This document shows positions 21,020 through 30,778 of a DNA stretch of 58,057 nucleotides, one piece after another (the stretch's first letter is position 1; every line of letters begins with the position of its first letter). The DNA is from an uncultured Oscillospiraceae bacterium. Its GTDB lineage: Bacteria; Bacillota; Clostridia; UMGS1883. Where the stretch lies: positions 1 to 58,057 of the forward strand of contig CAYLPQ010000005.1 of NCBI GenBank assembly GCA_964385605.1, read 5' to 3'. The notes under the pieces were generated by a model. It was not told the DNA's origin. It saw only the letters and a program-made list of their open reading frames with translations, and made no database searches. The position numbers and the translations under genes were made by a program.

Positions 21020-22168
21020 ATGCCGGAATTATATAGCAAAGAAAATTTGTCACAATGCTGCGGATGTACCGCCTGTTTTGCAGAATGTCCGACAGATGCC
21101 ATAACAATGGTTTGTGATGAGGAAGGTTTTTTGTATCCTTCGATTGATAAAGAAAAATGTATAGAGTGTAATGCGTGTGTACGGGTGTGCCCGCTGAAAG
21201 AAGAGAGTAAAGCTGTTAGGGAAGAAACAAAAACTTTCATTGCACTTAAAAACAAAAATAAAGAAACAATCCTCTCAAGTTCTTCGGGTGGAGCCTTTTC
21301 CGCAATTTCAGACTATATATTGAGCGAGGGCGGTGTAATTTACGGTGTAGTTTTTGATGAAAAACTACAGGCTGTTCATATACGTACTGACAATAAGGCC
21401 GGACGCGATGAAATGAGGGTTTCAAAATATCTGCAAAGTGATATGAAGGACATTTTCAGCAAGGTAAAGACAGATGCGGATAACGGAATGAAGATTCTTT
21501 TCACCGGGACTCCTTGTCAGATTGAGGGACTTAAACGGTTTCTTAAAAAAGATTATGAAAATCTCTACCTGGCGGATATAATTTGCTATGGGGTGCCAAG
21601 TCCGCTGATGTTTTCGGAGCATATTAAAAATATTGAAAAAACAAGAAAGAAAAAAGTAAAAAATTATAAATGCAGATCTAAAGTTCAGGGTTGGCACAGG
21701 CATATAGAAGAAGCTGTGTTTGAAAATGGAAAGAAAGAGGCAGGAACTCCGCTTTTGCAGGAACATAAGGTGCTTTTCCACGGTGGGAATATATTGCGTC
21801 CTTCATGTTATGAGTGCCAATTCACAAATCTTTACAGGCCATCGGATATTACGTTGGGAGATTTCTGGGGAATAGAAAAGTGTATGCCTGAATGGGATGA
21901 CCAGACAGGGACATCAATAATACTTGTCAATTCTCCAAAGGGTGAAAAATTGCTGGAAAAAATAGAGAAAGATGTTGTTATTCGAAAAAGCGATGTTTAC
22001 GGCAGGCAACCTCATCTTGAAATGCCTGTTAAAAAACCCGCAGGCCGAGAAGAATTCTGGGACATGTACCGTAAATATGGATACAAATGTGTTGCAGCCA
22101 AATACGGCAGAAACAACCTTAAGAGTAGGGTGAAATATGTTGCAAAAAAACTCTTGAGAAAAAGCTGA
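21020..22168 (+). CDS. FrhB-like (coenzyme F420 hydrogenase/dehydrogenase beta-like) 4Fe-4S flavoprotein
   Basis: Two ferredoxin-type clusters (CCGCTACFAECP and CIECNACVRVCP), followed by an FrhB-like N/C domain arrangement. This family often sits next to pyruvyl transferases in EPS loci. Confidence 0.75.
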   Translation: MPELYSKENLSQCCGCTACFAECPTDAITMVCDEEGFLYPSIDKEKCIECNACVRVCPLKEESKAVREETKTFIALKNKNKETILSSSSGGAFSAISDYILSEGGVIYGVVFDEKLQAVHIRTDNKAGRDEMRVSKYLQSDMKDIFSKVKTDADNGMKILFTGTPCQIEGLKRFLKKDYENLYLADIICYGVPSPLMFSEHIKNIEKTRKKKVKNYKCRSKVQGWHRHIEEAVFENGKKEAGTPLLQEHKVLFHGGNILRPSCYECQFTNLYRPSDITLGDFWGIEKCMPEWDDQTGTSIILVNSPKGEKLLEKIEKDVVIRKSDVYGRQPHLEMPVKKPAGREEFWDMYRKYGYKCVAAKYGRNNLKSRVKYVAKKLLRKS

Positions 22169-22239
22169 AAATGAATAATGATATTGTGAAAAACATATTT
22201 TTGCAGATTTACTAAAAACTCGAAAGAGGGAAAGATAAA

Positions 22240-23373
22240 ATGGCGGAAAATGAGAGAATATGGCTTTCCTGCCCTACAATACACGGGGAGGAACAGATTT
22301 TTATTAAAGAGGCATTTGATACCAACTGGGTAGCCCCCCTTGGAAAAAATGTTAACGAATTTGAAAAAGAGATTGCTTCATTTGTCGGTGTAAAGGGTGC
22401 CGCAGCTATGACTGCGGGAACTCACGCACTTCATCTTGCAGTAAAGCTTGCAGGTGTTAAAGAGGGGGATATTGTCCTTTGTTCCGACCTGACATTTTCT
22501 GCGACGGTTAACCCTGTTAGTTATGAAAACGGCACACAGGTGTTCATAGACAGCGAGCGTGACACCTGGAATATGGATCCCAATGCTCTTAAAATTGCTC
22601 TTGAAAAATACAAGGGTAGAGTTAAGGCAGTTATGCTTGTGCATCTTTACGGTACTCCGTCAAAGATTGATGAAATCAGGGCTCTTTGTGATGAATACGG
22701 TGTGATACTTATTGAGGATGCGGCAGAATCCCTTTCTGCCACATATAAGGGTAAACAGACCGGATCTTTTGGTAAGTTTGCCGCAATCAGCTTTAACGGC
22801 AACAAGATTATAACATCCTCCGGCGGTGGAATGTTCCTTTCCGATGATGAGGACGCAGTGAAGAAAGTACGATTCTTCTCAACACAGGCACGTGAGCCGT
22901 TTCCTTATTATCAGCACGAGGAAATCGGCTACAACTACCGTATGAGTAATGTTGTTGCCGGTATCGGCAGAGGTCAGCTTCTTCACCTTGAAGAACACAG
23001 AAAATTGAAAGAAGAAATATACTTCCGCTATAAAGAGGGACTCAGGGATTTGCCCGTAAGTATGAATCCTTATGAGAAATGTGCAGTTCCTAACTTCTGG
23101 CTCAGTTGTATGCTCCTTTCTGAAGAGGCAATGAAAATTACAAATCCCGAAAAAATCCGTCTTACACTTGAGACGGAAAATATCGAATCAAGACCTGTAT
23201 GGAAGCCTATGCATATGCAGCCTGTATATAAGGAACACGATTTTATTACTGCAGGTGACAATGTTGGTGAGGACATTTTCAGACGCGGACTATGTCTGCC
23301 CAGTGATATAAAGATGACAAAGGTTCAGCAGAACAAGGTAATAGATTTAATAAAAAAATGCTTTGAGGGATAA
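22240..23373 (+). CDS. DegT/DnrJ/EryC1/StrS-family sugar aminotransferase (PglE/WecE-like)
   Basis: IWLSCPTIHGEEQIFIKEAFDTNWVAPLG and the PLP-lysine block SFNGNKIITSSGGGM. Confidence 0.9.
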   Translation: MAENERIWLSCPTIHGEEQIFIKEAFDTNWVAPLGKNVNEFEKEIASFVGVKGAAAMTAGTHALHLAVKLAGVKEGDIVLCSDLTFSATVNPVSYENGTQVFIDSERDTWNMDPNALKIALEKYKGRVKAVMLVHLYGTPSKIDEIRALCDEYGVILIEDAAESLSATYKGKQTGSFGKFAAISFNGNKIITSSGGGMFLSDDEDAVKKVRFFSTQAREPFPYYQHEEIGYNYRMSNVVAGIGRGQLLHLEEHRKLKEEIYFRYKEGLRDLPVSMNPYEKCAVPNFWLSCMLLSEEAMKITNPEKIRLTLETENIESRPVWKPMHMQPVYKEHDFITAGDNVGEDIFRRGLCLPSDIKMTKVQQNKVIDLIKKCFEG

Positions 23374-23375
23374 AA

Positions 23376-24461
23376 ATGTCAAAAATTGTTATACTGACAA
23401 ACTCAATAACGGGACTTCGTTCTTTCAGAATTGAAGTTATGAAAAAATTCCGTGAAGAGGGACATTCAGTTATAATCTATTGTCCTGTCCACGAGGAAAC
23501 GGAAGAATTTACCGAAATCGGTTGCGAAGTGAAGTTTGTGAAAAATATTCAGCGCCGCGGTACAAGTATTAAGACGGATATTAAGCTGTTTCTGGAATAT
23601 TTCAAAATTCTCGGCAAGGAAAAGCCTGATATAGTTTTCACTTACACAATAAAGCCGAATGTATATGGTGCGCTTGCCTGCGGCATTAGGGGGATTCCCT
23701 GTGCACCGAATATAACTGGTCTTGGCAGTGCCGTTGAAAACGGCGGCAGGATGCAGAAACTTACGGTGTTTTTGTATAAGCTTGGATTTTTCCGTGTTAA
23801 GAAGGTGTTTTTTCAGAATAAGGAGAATATGGATTTCTTCGTAAAGAAGAAAATTGCCCTCGGCAAGCACGAGCTTTTGCCGGGTTCAGGTGTGAATCTT
23901 GAAAGATTTCAGCTTATGCCGTATCCCGAAAAGGATACTGTGGAGTTTGCATTTATCTCCCGTATTATGAGGGAAAAGGGTGCCGACCAGTATTTAGAGG
24001 CGGCAGAAGCTATCAGGGAAAAGTATCCGAACGCGGTTTTCCACGTTTGCGGAAGTTGTGAAGAGGCTTATCAGGAAAGACTTTCCGAGCTTCACGAAAA
24101 AGGAATTATAAATTACCACGGCAGACTTCGTGATATCCGAGAAATACATAAGGAAATTCACTGTACGGTTCATCCTACGTATTATCCCGAGGGGATGAGT
24201 AATGTGCTTCTTGAATCCTGCGCAAGCGGTAAGGCAATTATTACCACTGACCGCAGCGGTTGCCGTGAAATTGTTGATGATGGTGTAAACGGATATATAG
24301 TACAGCAGAAGAATACACAGGACGTAATCGAAAAGATTGAAAAATTCCTTGCTCTTTCATTTGAAGAACGAAAAGAAATGGGTCTTCGCGGCAGGGAAAA
24401 GGTAGAGAAAGAATTTGACCGTAATATTGTAATTGATAAGTATGTAAATGCGTTGAAATAG
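23376..24461 (+). CDS. Glycosyltransferase family 4 (GT-B, Glycos_transf_1)
   Basis: C-terminal EX7E-type block YYPEGMSNVLLESCASGKAIITTD. Confidence 0.85.
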   Translation: MSKIVILTNSITGLRSFRIEVMKKFREEGHSVIIYCPVHEETEEFTEIGCEVKFVKNIQRRGTSIKTDIKLFLEYFKILGKEKPDIVFTYTIKPNVYGALACGIRGIPCAPNITGLGSAVENGGRMQKLTVFLYKLGFFRVKKVFFQNKENMDFFVKKKIALGKHELLPGSGVNLERFQLMPYPEKDTVEFAFISRIMREKGADQYLEAAEAIREKYPNAVFHVCGSCEEAYQERLSELHEKGIINYHGRLRDIREIHKEIHCTVHPTYYPEGMSNVLLESCASGKAIITTDRSGCREIVDDGVNGYIVQQKNTQDVIEKIEKFLALSFEERKEMGLRGREKVEKEFDRNIVIDKYVNALK

Positions 24462-24481
24462 AATTTTGGGAGGATATTTAT

Positions 24482-25399
24482 ATGGATGGTTATAAAAAAA
24501 TTATAAAAAGCAGAAAGCATCGGATCATGATTCTTAAAATGATGAGTTTTATTCCTGATAGCATTATGCTTCGTTTACAGTATTACATAAAGTTAAAAAG
24601 AAAACTGAATTTAAAAAACCCAAAACGTTTTTCAGAAAAATTACAGTGGTACAAGTTGTATTATAGAAATCCCGAAATGCGCATCTGTTCAGATAAAGCT
24701 GATGTTCGGAACTTTGTGAAAAATTGTGGACTAGAACATATTTTAGTTAAATGTTATGGAATATATTCTTGTCCGGAAGAAATAAATTTTGATGAATTAC
24801 CTACATCTTTTGTAATGAAAAAAACTTTAGGCGGGGGCGGTAATAGTGTTCTGCTTATCAAAGATAAGAAAATAGAAGATGTTGCTAGTTTGAAAAAAAC
24901 GGCTTCTAATTGGGTAAAAAAACCAAAAGCGAAAAAAAATTCAGGAAGAGAGTGGGCATACAAATCTGAAAAGTCAAAGATAATCATAGAAGAGTTCTTA
25001 ATGGAAAAGGGAACAGATTCAAGCAGTATAGATGATTACAAATTCATGTGTTTTAATGGCAAGGTACAGTATGTGTTTGTGTACAGAGATCGTTTTAAAA
25101 ATGTGAAGAGAGCAATCTATGACAGAGATTGGAACTGCTTAAGTATTGAGTCGGGATACGAGCGCCTTTTGGATGATGTTGAAAAACCCAAGGACTTTGA
25201 AGAAATGTGTGAAATAGCGGAAAAACTTTCGGAAAAATTCCCATTTGTGCGCGTGGATCTTTATTGGGTGAATGAAAAAATATATTTTGGAGAAATGACA
25301 TTTTATCCGACTTCGGGATATATTCTGTTTGATCCGGATGAGTTTGATTTTATATTGGGAGATCATTTTGTTCTTCCGGAAAAGAGAAAAAGCATATGA
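24482..25399 (+). CDS. TupA-like ATP-grasp amidoligase, copy 1
   Basis: KNPKRFSEKLQWYKLYYRNPE, DDYKFMCFNGK and RVDLYWVNEKIYFGEMTFYP resemble the ATPgrasp_TupA family signature. Confidence 0.75.
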   Translation: MDGYKKIIKSRKHRIMILKMMSFIPDSIMLRLQYYIKLKRKLNLKNPKRFSEKLQWYKLYYRNPEMRICSDKADVRNFVKNCGLEHILVKCYGIYSCPEEINFDELPTSFVMKKTLGGGGNSVLLIKDKKIEDVASLKKTASNWVKKPKAKKNSGREWAYKSEKSKIIIEEFLMEKGTDSSSIDDYKFMCFNGKVQYVFVYRDRFKNVKRAIYDRDWNCLSIESGYERLLDDVEKPKDFEEMCEIAEKLSEKFPFVRVDLYWVNEKIYFGEMTFYPTSGYILFDPDEFDFILGDHFVLPEKRKSI

Positions 25400-26460
25400 A
25401 GAAAATAATATTTTTCACTGGTTCAATGGGGCGTGGAGGCGCAGAAAGGGTAATCTCAATACTTTCCAATCTGTACGCAGAAAAAAGGTGGAAGGTTGAT
25501 ATTGTTATGCTTTTGCATAATAAACCTGCAGGCTACTCCCTTGATGAACGTGTTGAAGTAAAAAAGTTTTTTCCTGAAAAAAGTGGTATGGTTAAAAAAA
25601 TCATATGCAACATAAAAAATATCCGCACTTACATAAAAAAAGAAAAACCGGATGTGGTTGTTTCCTTTATGGCACAAAACACGGTTATTTCAGCAATTGC
25701 ATGCAGAGGTACCGGGGTGCGGTACATCGCTTCGGAACGGATTGACCCCGCCTGTGTAAAACGTAATTTTGTGTACAGAAAATTATTAAACAGTATTTAC
25801 AAAACAGCAGATGCCGTGATTTTCCAAACCGAAAGAGCGAAGAGCTATTTCAATGAAAAAATACAGCAAAACAGTGTGATAATCGGAAACCCTGTTAATG
25901 TTGCTTGTGAAGCCGCCGAGAATCCTGCAAAAAAAATTGTGACCGTCGGAAGACTCACTTATCAGAAAAATCATAAAATGCTGATAAATGCTTTTAAAAA
26001 TGTACTGGCAACTCATCCCGGATATATTTTAGAGATATACGGGGAAGGTGTGGAAAAGAAAAATCTCTCAAAACAAATCAAACTTCTGGGACTGGAAAAT
26101 AATGTTTTTTTGTGCGGCAATCAGCCTGATGTTCACGAAAAAATCAAGGATGCACAGATGTTTGTGCTTTCGTCTGATTTTGAAGGACTCTCAAATGCGC
26201 TTCTGGAAGCAATGATGATGGGGCTTCCCTGTATTTCAACCGATTGCGCCGGTTCCGATGAAGTTATAGAAAACGGAAGGAACGGAATCCTGGTGCCTGT
26301 AGGTGATGGAAAAAGATTAACAGAAGCAATTATTGAAATTATAGAAAATGATGCAATCAGGCGAGATATTGCTGAAAATGCAAAGATAAGTGTCGAAAAA
26401 TTCAAGGCGGAAAACATAATAGGTCAGTGGACAAAAGTGATTGAAGGGGATATGATATGA
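25396..26460 (+). CDS. Glycosyltransferase family 4 (GT-B)
   Basis: GSMGRGGAERV at the N-terminus and SDFEGLSNALLEAMMMGLPCISTDC. ATGA overlap with the upstream gene. Confidence 0.85.
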   Translation: MKKIIFFTGSMGRGGAERVISILSNLYAEKRWKVDIVMLLHNKPAGYSLDERVEVKKFFPEKSGMVKKIICNIKNIRTYIKKEKPDVVVSFMAQNTVISAIACRGTGVRYIASERIDPACVKRNFVYRKLLNSIYKTADAVIFQTERAKSYFNEKIQQNSVIIGNPVNVACEAAENPAKKIVTVGRLTYQKNHKMLINAFKNVLATHPGYILEIYGEGVEKKNLSKQIKLLGLENNVFLCGNQPDVHEKIKDAQMFVLSSDFEGLSNALLEAMMMGLPCISTDCAGSDEVIENGRNGILVPVGDGKRLTEAIIEIIENDAIRRDIAENAKISVEKFKAENIIGQWTKVIEGDMI

Positions 26461-27317
26461 AACTTAAAAGAGTAATAAAGCGGCTCACAAGAGTTTTATC
26501 CGATAAAGCTTACATAAGGTTAAAATATTTCTCGCGTTTTAGAAAATTCCCTGACCTTAAAAATCCTAAAACCTTTTGCGAAAAATTACAATGGCTTAAG
26601 CTTTACGATAGAAATCCTGAATATTCAAAAATGGTTGACAAGTATGAAGTCAGAGAGTATGTAAAGGAAAAACTCGGTGAAGAATATCTTGTTCCGCTTT
26701 TAGGAGTATGGGACAGCTTTGATGAGATTGATTTTGATAAACTTCCCCGGCAGTTTGTCCTGAAGTGCACTCACGACAGCGGTGGACTTGTAATTTGCAA
26801 AGATAAGAGCAAGTTGAATATTGAGAAAACAAGGAAAAAAATTAATAGGTCACTTAAAAATAATTATTATTGGAGTGGCAGGGAATGGCCCTATAAAGAT
26901 GTTAAGCCAAGAATAATTGCAGAAAAATATATGGTAGATGAATCCGGGACGGAGCTTAAGGATTATAAATTTCTGTGCTTTAACGGAAAGCCTATGTTTG
27001 TGGAATATCACACCGGAAGATTTACAGAAAAGCACACTCAGGATTTTTATGATATAAACTGGAACAAAACCAATATATCCCAGGAAGGAACAATGTCAGA
27101 TTTTACAGTGGAGAAACCGATGCTGTTTGATAAAATGATAGAGCTTACCAATATCCTTGCTGATGGGATACGCCATGTGAGAATAGACTGGTATAATATT
27201 AACGGCAAAATATATTTTGGAGAAATTACTTTTTTTGATAATTCGGGATTGGTTCCGTTCGATAAAGAAGATGACGATTTACTTTTAGGAAGTCTTATAG
27301 ATTTGAAAGAAGGTTAA
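26457..27317 (+). CDS. TupA-like ATP-grasp amidoligase, copy 2
   Basis: KNPKTFCEKLQWLKLYDRNPE, KDYKFLCFNGK and RIDWYNINGKIYFGEITFF. Paralogous to 24482..25399. Confidence 0.75.
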   Translation: MKLKRVIKRLTRVLSDKAYIRLKYFSRFRKFPDLKNPKTFCEKLQWLKLYDRNPEYSKMVDKYEVREYVKEKLGEEYLVPLLGVWDSFDEIDFDKLPRQFVLKCTHDSGGLVICKDKSKLNIEKTRKKINRSLKNNYYWSGREWPYKDVKPRIIAEKYMVDESGTELKDYKFLCFNGKPMFVEYHTGRFTEKHTQDFYDINWNKTNISQEGTMSDFTVEKPMLFDKMIELTNILADGIRHVRIDWYNINGKIYFGEITFFDNSGLVPFDKEDDDLLLGSLIDLKEG

Positions 27318-27321
27318 GAAA

Positions 27322-28587
27322 ATGTTTGCTGAGTTTGAAAAGCACGAATCCAACGTAAGGTCTTATTGCAGAAATTTCCCTATTGTTTTTAATGAAGCCA
27401 GAGGTGGCAAGTTGTATTCCGAAAGCGGCGAAGAGTATATTGACTTTTTTGCCGGAGCAGGTGCAATGAATTATGGACATAACAATCCGTATATAAAGAA
27501 AAAGATTCTTGAATATTTGTCAAAGGACTGCATTATTCATGCTCTTGATATGTATACGGTTGAAAAAAGAAATTTCATAAAAACCTTCCGCGAGAATATT
27601 CTTGAACCAAAAAATCTTGATTACAAAATTATGTTCTGCGGTTCAACCGGTACAAATGCAGTTGAGGCGGCTCTTAAGCTTGCAAGAAAAAACACAAAGA
27701 GAACAAATGTGTTTGCCTTTTCCGGTGCGTTTCACGGGATGACACTCGGTTCTCTTGCGCTTACAAGTGATACTCACAGCCGTGGGGGAGCAGGAGTTCC
27801 TCTTAATAACGTAACATTTATGCCCTATTCCACCCAGTTTGATGATTACAGAAAATCTATTGAGTATATCGAGTGGGCTATAAAGGACGACCACTCAGGT
27901 ATAGATAAGCCTGCTGCAATGATTCTTGAAACCATTCAGGCAGAGGGCGGAATAAATGTTGCAGATGAAAACTGGCTTCGCGAAATAAGAAGAATCTGCA
28001 GCGAAAATGACATTATTATGATTTGCGATGATATTCAGGTCGGAGTATGCAGAAGCGGCGGATTCTTCTCCTTTGAAAGAGCCGGTATTGTGCCAGATAT
28101 GGTAGTAATGTCAAAGTCAATAAGCGGATTCGGACTTCCTATGTCAATCCTTCTTATGAAGCCTGAATTTGATATTTTTACCCCCGCAGAGCACAACGGA
28201 ACATTCCGTGGAAATCAGCTTGCTTTTGTAGGTGCTGCTGCAGGTATTGAGTTTTACAGACAGGCAGATTTGCCCGGTATTGTAAAGAAAAACGAAGCAA
28301 TTATAAAAGAATACCTTGAAAGTGAAATTCTTCCTATGGATAAAAGGCTTTCTGCCCGTGGTATAGGTATGATCTGGGGAATTGATTTCTCGGAAATTGA
28401 CCCTGCACTTTCCAAAACAGCAATGCAGGAATGTGTTAAAAACGGCGTTGTGATAGAGCGTGCCGGTCGTAATGACTGTGTGCTTAAGATACTTCCTACT
28501 CTTGTAATTGAAGAAGAAGATTTGCGCAAGGGCCTTCAGGTTGTAAAGAATGCAGTTGAAAAAGTTTTAAAGGAATGTGGTAAATAA
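27322..28587 (+). CDS. Diaminobutyrate--2-oxoglutarate transaminase-like class III aminotransferase (EctB/Dat/PvdH-like)
   Basis: FEKHESNVRSYCRNFPIVFNEARGGKLYSESGEEYIDFFAGAGAMNYGHNNP and the PLP-lysine block MSKSISGFGLPMS closely match the DABA transaminase pattern. Confidence 0.85.
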   Translation: MFAEFEKHESNVRSYCRNFPIVFNEARGGKLYSESGEEYIDFFAGAGAMNYGHNNPYIKKKILEYLSKDCIIHALDMYTVEKRNFIKTFRENILEPKNLDYKIMFCGSTGTNAVEAALKLARKNTKRTNVFAFSGAFHGMTLGSLALTSDTHSRGGAGVPLNNVTFMPYSTQFDDYRKSIEYIEWAIKDDHSGIDKPAAMILETIQAEGGINVADENWLREIRRICSENDIIMICDDIQVGVCRSGGFFSFERAGIVPDMVVMSKSISGFGLPMSILLMKPEFDIFTPAEHNGTFRGNQLAFVGAAAGIEFYRQADLPGIVKKNEAIIKEYLESEILPMDKRLSARGIGMIWGIDFSEIDPALSKTAMQECVKNGVVIERAGRNDCVLKILPTLVIEEEDLRKGLQVVKNAVEKVLKECGK

Positions 28588-29510
28588 TGAAAAAAGGTCT
28601 TGTAAGTGTAGTTATTCCTTCCTACAACGGAAGTGATAAAGTTGGCAGAGCTGTTAAAAGTGCTCTGAACCAAACTTATAAAGATGTTGAAGTAATAGTG
28701 GTTGATGACAACGGACTCGGCACTGAAGAACAGATAAAAACGGAAAAAGCTCTGGAAGAGTTTAAAGATTACCCGAATTTCCGTTACATAACTCACGAAG
28801 TGAATAAGAACGGCTCGGCTGCCAGAAACACCGGAGCAAGGGCGGCAGAGGGTGAATTTATCGGTCTTCTTGATGATGATGATGTTTATTTGCCCCATAA
28901 TGTGGAGATTCATATGAATCGATTTAAGGAGCTGGACGAAACTTATGCACTGGTGTACTGTTCCTGTGAGCAGTACAGAGGTGATACTTTTGTAAAGGTT
29001 CTCCACAAGACAAAATGTGGAAGTCTGTTTTATGATGTTATGCGTCATTGGGCTATTATAGGGAGTAGTGAACTTATCGTCAAAAAAGAAGCTTACGATG
29101 CTGTTGGTGGATTTGATGAAAGCTTCAGACGCCATCAGGATTGGGAATTTACGGCGAAAATTGCACATAAATATAAGATTGGTGTGGTTGAAGAAGTCGG
29201 CACAAGAGGCTATCTTGAATACAGAAATTCTCCGGGTAATTATGAAACTGCAAAAAAATACCGCGTTCACTATATTGAAAAGATGATGCCTTATATGCAG
29301 TCGCTTACAAAAAAACAGCAAAAAGAAATAATTACAGCAAATTATGTCAGCCTTATAATGCAGCTTCTGCGCAAAGGGAAAATAGTAAAATTTATTAAGG
29401 AATATAACGGCTTCAAATTGGGCTTTTATGGTGTGCCGTTTGTCTTAAAATATGCTTATCATTATTTCTTTAAAAATAAAAACTTCTGGACGTTAAAGAA
29501 AAGAAAATAA
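28587..29510 (+). CDS. Glycosyltransferase family 2
   Basis: VSVVIPSYNGSDKVGRAVKSALNQTYKDVEVIVVDDN and LLDDDD. TAATG overlap with the transaminase gene. Confidence 0.85.
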   Translation: MKKGLVSVVIPSYNGSDKVGRAVKSALNQTYKDVEVIVVDDNGLGTEEQIKTEKALEEFKDYPNFRYITHEVNKNGSAARNTGARAAEGEFIGLLDDDDVYLPHNVEIHMNRFKELDETYALVYCSCEQYRGDTFVKVLHKTKCGSLFYDVMRHWAIIGSSELIVKKEAYDAVGGFDESFRRHQDWEFTAKIAHKYKIGVVEEVGTRGYLEYRNSPGNYETAKKYRVHYIEKMMPYMQSLTKKQQKEIITANYVSLIMQLLRKGKIVKFIKEYNGFKLGFYGVPFVLKYAYHYFFKNKNFWTLKKRK

Positions 29511-29530
29511 ATTTACTGAAAGGCATTTGT

Positions 29531-30778
29531 ATGGAAAAGAAAAATTATATCCCGTCTTTTTTAGTTTCATATTTGCTTTCTATAAAAGGTCTTAATCAGA
29601 TTATGGGAATTATACTTAGAAAAGGTGACGGAATTATGTTTATGAATCTGATTCCGGTAGCAGCTTTGCTGGTTTTACACTTTTTCATCTCAGACAAGAA
29701 AAACGACCTTAATATGGATAAGAAAGCGCTTCTTTTTGTATACTATATCGTCAGTGTGATTGTGGTATATAAATATGCTGCAGTGCGCACCACTTTTTCT
29801 GCTGTTAATGCTTTTGTGTACTGCCTTATTCCAATATACATATCCTTTTACAAGATAGATGTAGAGAAAGTACTGAATTATATGTTGCTTTTTTCTGCAC
29901 TTGTAATGCCTGTTTCAAACGAGTTTTTCAAAGATGTGGGAGCACGGTACGAAACTATTGGTATGTCGACAACATACAATATATTACCGTTTGTTGTTGC
30001 GGCTATAGTTCACTTTATGTATTATAGGAAGAAGGCTACCTTCTGGACATGGATAGGCTACGGCATAAATTTATATTACCTCATAAAGGTAATATATCTT
30101 GGAAACCGCGGGCCGATTATTTCGTTGATGGTGTGTGCACTTCTTCTCTTTATCCGCAAAATTAATCAGGACGGCACTGTGCGCAAAAATACAGGCAGGA
30201 CTTTGTTTATAACGTTGTCTGTCGGAATTTCAGCCATTCTGATAGTGAGTAATGTTGAAAGTATAATCCTTTCTGTTCACAGTTGGCTTCAAAGTATGGA
30301 TGTAAACTTGGCATTCATAAGTAAATCGGTAGCAAAAATACAACAAGGCGATATATCAAACGGAAGAAGTAGGCTATTTGATTTTGTAATAGATGGCATA
30401 AAAGAAAATTACTTGATAGGAAACGGCATTTCTTCAATTGCCTACAAGAGCTTTGGAAGATTCCCTTATCCTCACAATTTATTTTTGCAGATGTGGTATG
30501 ATCTGGGGATAATTGTATCGCTTCCCCTTCTTTTTGCAGTAGGAAGAGCAACAAAAATAACAATATTCAACTATAATATAAACAAAGAGACTATGACGAT
30601 ACTTATCCTTTTATTTACATTGTCAATACCAAGACTTTGTTATTCAGCAGAATTCTGGGATAATACAACGTTTTGGTTTTTAATGATGTTTTCAATTTCT
30701 CCGAATGTATACAGTGAAAATGCAGCCGGAGATGATATAGGGGATATTGATGAAAAAATAGGTGAGACAAATGAGTGA
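29531..30778 (+). CDS. wzy: Wzy-type O-antigen/EPS polymerase (O-antigen ligase-like domain)
   Basis: About 10 or more TM segments with a periplasmic-loop block YPHNLFLQMWYDLGII typical of Wzy_C. Confidence 0.7.
   Translation: MEKKNYIPSFLVSYLLSIKGLNQIMGIILRKGDGIMFMNLIPVAALLVLHFFISDKKNDLNMDKKALLFVYYIVSVIVVYKYAAVRTTFSAVNAFVYCLIPIYISFYKIDVEKVLNYMLLFSALVMPVSNEFFKDVGARYETIGMSTTYNILPFVVAAIVHFMYYRKKATFWTWIGYGINLYYLIKVIYLGNRGPIISLMVCALLLFIRKINQDGTVRKNTGRTLFITLSVGISAILIVSNVESIILSVHSWLQSMDVNLAFISKSVAKIQQGDISNGRSRLFDFVIDGIKENYLIGNGISSIAYKSFGRFPYPHNLFLQMWYDLGIIVSLPLLFAVGRATKITIFNYNINKETMTILILLFTLSIPRLCYSAEFWDNTTFWFLMMFSISPNVYSENAAGDDIGDIDEKIGETNE

Noticed and set aside
27322-28587. Ectoine biosynthesis cluster
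   Set aside because: Only the EctB-like transaminase is present. There is no ectA acetyltransferase and no ectC synthase. The context is glycan biosynthesis.
28536-29321. 261-aa ORF on the minus strand
   Set aside because: It is antisense to a GT2 gene that has clear motifs. The translation is Phe/Ile/Asn-rich nonsense with no recognisable family.
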